Part shown: piece by piece, positions 59,391-64,000 of the stretch
Position numbering within the stretch: the first letter of the stretch is position 1
How the letters are laid out: each line of letters begins with the position of its first letter
Origin: a virus
Taxonomy: Duplodnaviria; Heunggongvirae; Uroviricota; Caudoviricetes
Length of the DNA stretch: 64,000 nucleotides
IMG/VR virus record: IMGVR_UViG_3300031087_000514
Strand: one strand, 5' to 3'
The notes under the pieces: generated by a model
What the model was told of the DNA's origin: nothing
What the model saw: the letters and a program-made list of their open reading frames with translations, nothing else
Database searches by the model: none
Position numbers and translations under genes: made by a program

Positions 59391-59978
59391 ATGACAAAGG
59401 GTTTGCTTATCGTTGACGTGCAGAACGATTTTATTGAAGGGGGTAGCCTGGCAGTCGCAGGAGGCGAGAAAGTCGCTCTAACGCTCGCAGAGCACCTCCT
59501 GGATGCTGATTACCATGCGCTCATCACCACTCAGGACTGGCACATTGAGCCTGGAAACCATTGGGCAGAAACTCCCGACTATGTGGACACCTGGCCTGTG
59601 CATTGCGCTGCAAACACTGCTGGTGCATCGGTACGCCCTGAGCTGGCGGCTGCCATTGTTTCCAAGGTCAGCGAACAGCGAAGCCTTCGGTATTTGCGCA
59701 TTGTCAAGGGTGAGTATGAAGCAGCTTACTCAGGTTTTGAAGGCCGCGACTTCCTTGGAGGGAATGAGAAGGTTCCTACCCTTATCCGTGAGCTTGGTGT
59801 AGATGAGCTGGACATTGTAGGACTGGCAACAGACCATTGTGTTCGCGCTACTGTTCTGGACGCTCTGAAAGCGGGATTCAAGGTAAACGTCCTCACCGAC
59901 TACGTTGCAGGTGTCGACCCTGAGCGCTCCAAAGCAGCTCTTGCTGAAATGGAAACAGCAGGCGCAACTCTCGTCTAA
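59391..59978 (+). CDS. pncA: nicotinamidase PncA (isochorismatase family)
   Basis: LLIVDVQNDF, K, ATDHCV catalytic D-K-C triad context; TAGGAG RBS. Confidence 0.75.
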   Translation: MTKGLLIVDVQNDFIEGGSLAVAGGEKVALTLAEHLLDADYHALITTQDWHIEPGNHWAETPDYVDTWPVHCAANTAGASVRPELAAAIVSKVSEQRSLRYLRIVKGEYEAAYSGFEGRDFLGGNEKVPTLIRELGVDELDIVGLATDHCVRATVLDALKAGFKVNVLTDYVAGVDPERSKAALAEMETAGATLV

Positions 59979-59989
59979 ATCAAGATAAC

Positions 59990-60035
59990 GAAGAAGCTGA
60001 CTGGTATGAAATACGCCAGTCAGCTTCTTCGCGTT
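59990..60035 (+). terminator. hairpin terminator
   Basis: 15-bp stem gaagaagctgactgg/ccagtcagcttcttc. Confidence 0.55.
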
Positions 60036-60046
60036 AGGAATGAATT

Positions 60047-60886
60047 ATGGTCCAAATACAAAAATGCCGTTCAAAAAAGCACTCATTCGGTGGTTGCGGT
60101 GATCCTCGTTGCCCAGAAGGTCTTTCTATTCAAGCCAACATGGATGCCGCTCTCGCAGACAAAGATGTCATGGCATACATTGCAGCAAAACAGCTGAAAG
60201 ATATTGAACCAAACATGGTCTTCGCCAATAAAGGTTTTACTGAACTCCACATTACACATAACAAAGGTACCCATGTTGATGTGTTGAAGTTCATCAACCC
60301 CAGAAAAGAAGCACTTGAATACGTTGAATCCTTAGATCGTACCCATATTCCTTCTTTTGGAACCGTGAAAGACCTTCAAAACTACATCAACGACACGTAC
60401 AATCCATATGCTTCTATGTTTGTTCGTGAATACAAAGGCTACGGTCCGAAGAAAACTATTACACGGTTGAGCGTAGCAAACATGGATGTTGATGCGGATT
60501 TACGTGGAGCAGGAATCGGTTCCTATTTTAGAAAAGTTCTTCTGAAACACTGTGACGAAAAAGGATACATTGTTTCAGGGACTCCAACAAACTCAGGTGA
60601 TGGAAGTATTGAACACCATGACCACAATCATGAAGAGTTCAAACAACATGCGTTGCATCATCGTGCGCGGTTAGAGCATTTTTATGAGCGAAACGGTTAT
60701 GAGCGTAACTACGGCTCTGAACCTGTTATTCATGGCGACCAAGACTTTTGGACAAAACAACAGTTAGAGCAGAACCAATCTTGGGTTGATAAGTTCAACA
60801 AACATGGCCAGGATTTGCTGTACGATGCTGGTGCTTTCGTCCGCTGGCCAAATAATACAGTACCCAAAGAATTGCTTGCTAAATAG
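60047..60886 (+). CDS. GNAT-like paralog of 50396..51211 with N-terminal C-x9-C-x-DPRCP motif
   Basis: LRGAGIGSYF motif A; N-term CRSKKHSFGGCGDPRCPEG; GTTAG box 60033-60046. Confidence 0.5.
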   Translation: MVQIQKCRSKKHSFGGCGDPRCPEGLSIQANMDAALADKDVMAYIAAKQLKDIEPNMVFANKGFTELHITHNKGTHVDVLKFINPRKEALEYVESLDRTHIPSFGTVKDLQNYINDTYNPYASMFVREYKGYGPKKTITRLSVANMDVDADLRGAGIGSYFRKVLLKHCDEKGYIVSGTPTNSGDGSIEHHDHNHEEFKQHALHHRARLEHFYERNGYERNYGSEPVIHGDQDFWTKQQLEQNQSWVDKFNKHGQDLLYDAGAFVRWPNNTVPKELLAK

Positions 60887-61225
60887 CGTTCATCCGATAG
60901 GAATAGGGCAAGCAGTAAACTCTACAAAAGAGAAGAACCTGCTATACTTATTATACGAAACGCACGAATTTATACGGAACTGATGATGATTAACGAACGA
61001 CTCTTTACTGACCCATTTTACCAATACCAGTTGAGCTTTTCTGCTCCTTATTGGTTTTCTTAGACCAAGTGTTAGAGATACTTCTGATTTCGCACTCCTA
61101 TCCAAAGTTCGTGTTTTCAACTACTCATAGCGTGTTGTGAGTATACTCAACGATAACCGATAGCTGATTTCAGAAGTGAACATCAAATCACAAACGCAGA
61201 CATTTCAGGACGATAAAGAAAACTT

Positions 61226-63331
61226 ATGGTAACTAAGAAACAACCCCAAGCCCCAGTAGAGTATGATGAGAACTCTCTTATCTCTCTAACTCCTATTGAA
61301 CACATTAGGAAGCGACCTTCTCTTACATTAGGCCCGTATGACCACATGCAGTTAGTTGCATTGCGAGAGCCTATTGACAACTCTATTGACGAGTTCAAAA
61401 CAGGACACGGTAAGGTTATCAAGATCACCTTACACGCAGACGGAGCAGCTTCCGTAGAAGACTCTGGACGTGGTGTACCAACAGGTATCAACAAGCAGAC
61501 CGGTGAAAACGGTATCTTCATGGCCTTCGGTAAAGTTGGTTCAGGAGGTAAGTTCGGTGCTGCCGGTAGCGGATATGCTGCAACTGCATCCTTAGGTTTG
61601 AACGGTGTGGGAACAACCGCAACAAACGCCACTTCCACTCGCTTCGACACAATCGTATACAAGAAAGATGGAACCGTCCACCGTCTTTCTTTCCAACGAG
61701 GCTTACCAGGCCACTTCGCTGATGACAGTGGACCTGAGGCTAGATTCACTCCTTCCATGGAAGTGAAAATTGAAAAAGATACACGTAGCGCCAAAGAGAA
61801 GAAAGAGCGTCCAACAGGAACTACTATCAAGTTCTGGCCAGACACTGCAATCTTTGGCTCTGAATCATCTTTCCGTGTAGAAGAGCTTCGTGAGACTCTT
61901 CGCTCAACAGCCTTCCTTGTCCCAGGTATTCGTATCATTGTTGATGACAAGATTCCTGGCGAAGAACAGTACGATGATTACGAGTTTGATGGTGGACTAC
62001 CTGAAATGGTTGAAACCTTCGCTAAAGACAAAGCAATCACAAAGACTGTTCACATCCAGACTTCTGGTGAGTTCACTGAACGGGTACCTGTTCCACAAGA
62101 AGACGGAACAATGAAAGACCAGGACGTTGTTCGTAACGTAGAGATTGACTTTGCGTTCCGTTGGGGTGACGGCTATGATAATGAAATTCGTTCTTACGCT
62201 AACACACTGTACACCCCTCTGGGTGGAACGCATCAGGCTGGTTTTCAGCGTGCTATGTCCAAAGTATTCCTTGACTACATCAAGTCAAGCAGAGGAATGC
62301 TGAAAGCGAAAGAAGAGCCTCCTAACCTTGATGACATTCAAGAAGGAATCACCGCTATTATCAGTATTTCACAATCTGAACTTTCCTTCGTTGGACAGGA
62401 CAAACAGCGCCTTGGTGGAACTGAAACAGGTAAAGTTGTTGTCTCTGCTCTGACCAAAGAGTTAAACCTTTGGATTAACGATAAGAAAAACGCCACCGCT
62501 GTGAAAGCTATGGCTGCAAAAATCGTTGAGTCTATGCGTGTTCGTGTTGCATCCCGAGAGCAGAAAGAAACTGCACGTAAAAAATCAAAGCTTGAATCCT
62601 CAGCAAGTCTTCCATCCAAGTTGGTAGAATGTCGTGAGGCAGGAGTTGGTTCACAACACACTGAACTCCTTATTGTTGAGGGTGACTCTGCGTTGGGAAC
62701 GATGAGAGCTTCACGTGACGCTCGCTATCAGGCCCTTCTACCTATCCGAGGAAAGATTCTCAATGTGCAGAAGGCTTCTACTTCTGACATGCTTGCAAAC
62801 CAAGAATGTTCTTCTATCATTCAGACACTTGGAGCAGGGTCAGGGAAGACTTTTAGTTTGGATGAAATCCGTTACAGCAAAGTCGTTATCGCAGCTGACG
62901 CTGACGTTGACGGAAACCACATCCGAAGCTTGCTCATCACTTTCTTCTGGAAGTACATGCGCGATTACATTTTAGATGGTCGTTTGTATTCAATTATTCC
63001 TCCACTGTTCCAGATTGCATTGTCTGCAAAAGATGAAGTTATTTACGCTTCTGACCAAACTGACTTGGACCGAATTGTAAAAGAGCTGGAAAAGAAGAAA
63101 CAAAAAATCAAGCTTATTTCCCGTAACAAAGGTTTGGGAGAAATGGACCCAGACCCAACTTGGGAAACTATGTTAAACCCTGAGAATCGTCGGTTGAAAC
63201 AAATTACCGTACATGAAGCTCAAGCAGCAAGTGACATGATTGAACTTGCTATGGGGGATAAGGTTCAGCCCCGTAAAGAGTGGATTACAGCTCAAAGAGA
63301 CAAAATCGACGCAGGAGTATTGGAAAACTAA
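61226..63331 (+). CDS. gyrB: type IIA topoisomerase subunit B (GyrB/ParE-like)
   Basis: GHKL EPIDNSIDE, TOPRIM LIVEGDSALG. Confidence 0.9.
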   Translation: MVTKKQPQAPVEYDENSLISLTPIEHIRKRPSLTLGPYDHMQLVALREPIDNSIDEFKTGHGKVIKITLHADGAASVEDSGRGVPTGINKQTGENGIFMAFGKVGSGGKFGAAGSGYAATASLGLNGVGTTATNATSTRFDTIVYKKDGTVHRLSFQRGLPGHFADDSGPEARFTPSMEVKIEKDTRSAKEKKERPTGTTIKFWPDTAIFGSESSFRVEELRETLRSTAFLVPGIRIIVDDKIPGEEQYDDYEFDGGLPEMVETFAKDKAITKTVHIQTSGEFTERVPVPQEDGTMKDQDVVRNVEIDFAFRWGDGYDNEIRSYANTLYTPLGGTHQAGFQRAMSKVFLDYIKSSRGMLKAKEEPPNLDDIQEGITAIISISQSELSFVGQDKQRLGGTETGKVVVSALTKELNLWINDKKNATAVKAMAAKIVESMRVRVASREQKETARKKSKLESSASLPSKLVECREAGVGSQHTELLIVEGDSALGTMRASRDARYQALLPIRGKILNVQKASTSDMLANQECSSIIQTLGAGSGKTFSLDEIRYSKVVIAADADVDGNHIRSLLITFFWKYMRDYILDGRLYSIIPPLFQIALSAKDEVIYASDQTDLDRIVKELEKKKQKIKLISRNKGLGEMDPDPTWETMLNPENRRLKQITVHEAQAASDMIELAMGDKVQPRKEWITAQRDKIDAGVLEN

Positions 63332-63344
63332 CCATGGTAGCAAA

Positions 63345-64000
63345 GAAAAAAATCAAAGAATTAGAAAATGCTGCTGACTTTTCGGTAATTGCAAGAGAAG
63401 TCGTCAAAGTTAACCTGGCAGAAGAAATGGAAGAGTCGTTCCTTTCTTACACGTATTACGTTATTGGTGAACGTGCAATTCCAGATGCTCGTGATGGCCT
63501 CAAACCAGTACAGCGTCGTATCATGTACACCATGTACCGTGATGGTAACTCTCCTGATAAAGGTCACACAAAATCTGCTCGTATTGTTGGTCAAGTCATG
63601 GGTATTCTTCACCCTCATGGTGATAGTTCTATCTACGACGCAATGGTCCGCCTGGCCCAGCCTTACACTATGAACCTTCCTCTTGTTGACGGTAAAGGTA
63701 ACTTTGGTGACCGTCCAGGTGCAGGAGCCGCTGCGCCTCGTTATACAGAAGCCCGTATGTCTAAAGAAGCATTGGCGTTAGTCAGTGAGTTACGTGAACG
63801 TCCAGTTGACTTCATCCCAAACTATGACCAAACAACTGACCAGCCAGTAGTACTTCCTGTGCAGTTCCCTAATCTTGTAGTGAACGGAACCTCTGGTATC
63901 GCAGTTGGGTTCGCAACAAACATGGCTCCGCATAACCCAGGTGAAGTTATTGATGCAACTCGCTGGTTACTGACACATCCAAATGCTGACACTGAAAAGC
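63345..64000 (+). CDS. gyrA: type IIA topoisomerase subunit A (GyrA/ParC-like), 3'-partial at window end
   Basis: AIPDARDGLKPVQRRIMY and HPHGDSSIYDAMVR motifs. Confidence 0.9.

Noticed and set aside
61183-61950. 255-aa minus-strand ORF
   Set aside because: Lies entirely antisense to the well-supported gyrB gene; low-complexity Pro/Ser composition typical of a shadow ORF.
1-64000. integrase, transposase, IS element or CRISPR array
   Set aside because: Read both strands for DDE/tyrosine/serine recombinase motifs, terminal inverted repeats and regularly spaced direct repeats; none found. The repeats seen are only hairpin terminators and short operator-like palindromes.

Overview
The window reads as one continuous stretch of a large, gene-dense virulent-phage-like genome (about 46-48% GC, about 85 genes). 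Nearly every gene or gene pair is bracketed by a strong, often bidirectional hairpin terminator. I found no integrase, transposase, CRISPR array or canonical tRNA. Host signals are mixed: NucS, an HupB-like AKKA-repeat basic protein and Pro/Thr-rich linkers suggest Actinobacteria, while DUF285 (BspA-type) repeats and strong AGGAG Shine-Dalgarno sites suggest Firmicutes.

Recognisable genes:
- Chaperone / protease: DnaK (Hsp70), a ClpC/ClpB-type double AAA+ ATPase.
- Nucleic-acid enzymes: a type IIA topoisomerase (GyrB-like, and the start of GyrA-like), RNase HI, NucS, an EEP (endonuclease/exonuclease/phosphatase-family) nuclease, a DEDDh exonuclease, a beta-class DNA methyltransferase, a TadA-like deaminase.
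- RNA-repair set: two T4-Pnkp-like polynucleotide kinase/phosphatases, two RNA ligases plus a decayed ligase fragment, a CCA-adding enzyme.
- NAD+ set: two NadE-type PP-loop NAD synthetases; an operon nadE / 2OG-Fe(II) oxygenase / NMNAT-PRTase fusion; nicotinamidase PncA; a possible PnuC-like membrane protein.
- Three R-S-E ADP-ribosyltransferases (two in tandem).
- Others: a RelA/SpoT-type HD (p)ppGpp hydrolase, a second HD phosphohydrolase, an NlpC/P60 peptidase, a DHA2-family MFS pump, two GNAT paralogs, SPFH/band-7 and several membrane proteins, two paralogous surface proteins with DUF285 repeats, and a 1015-aa protein with an amidoligase-like C-terminus.

The most striking signals, seen directly in the sequence:
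1. At least 10 proteins with unrelated enzymatic bodies (3 ARTs, ppGpp hydrolase, CCA enzyme, 2 GNATs, the 1015-aa protein, a 493-aa hypothetical, one start-less ORF) share a short N-terminal Cys motif directly after Met: C-x7/9-C-x2-H-[GN], or C-x7/9-C-x-D-P-R-C-P.
2. A fixed-position 5' box GTTAG-N9-ATG sits immediately upstream of 9-10 genes and is strongly enriched on that family.
3. A scattered Preiss-Handler-type NAD+ salvage set coexists with the NAD+-consuming ARTs.
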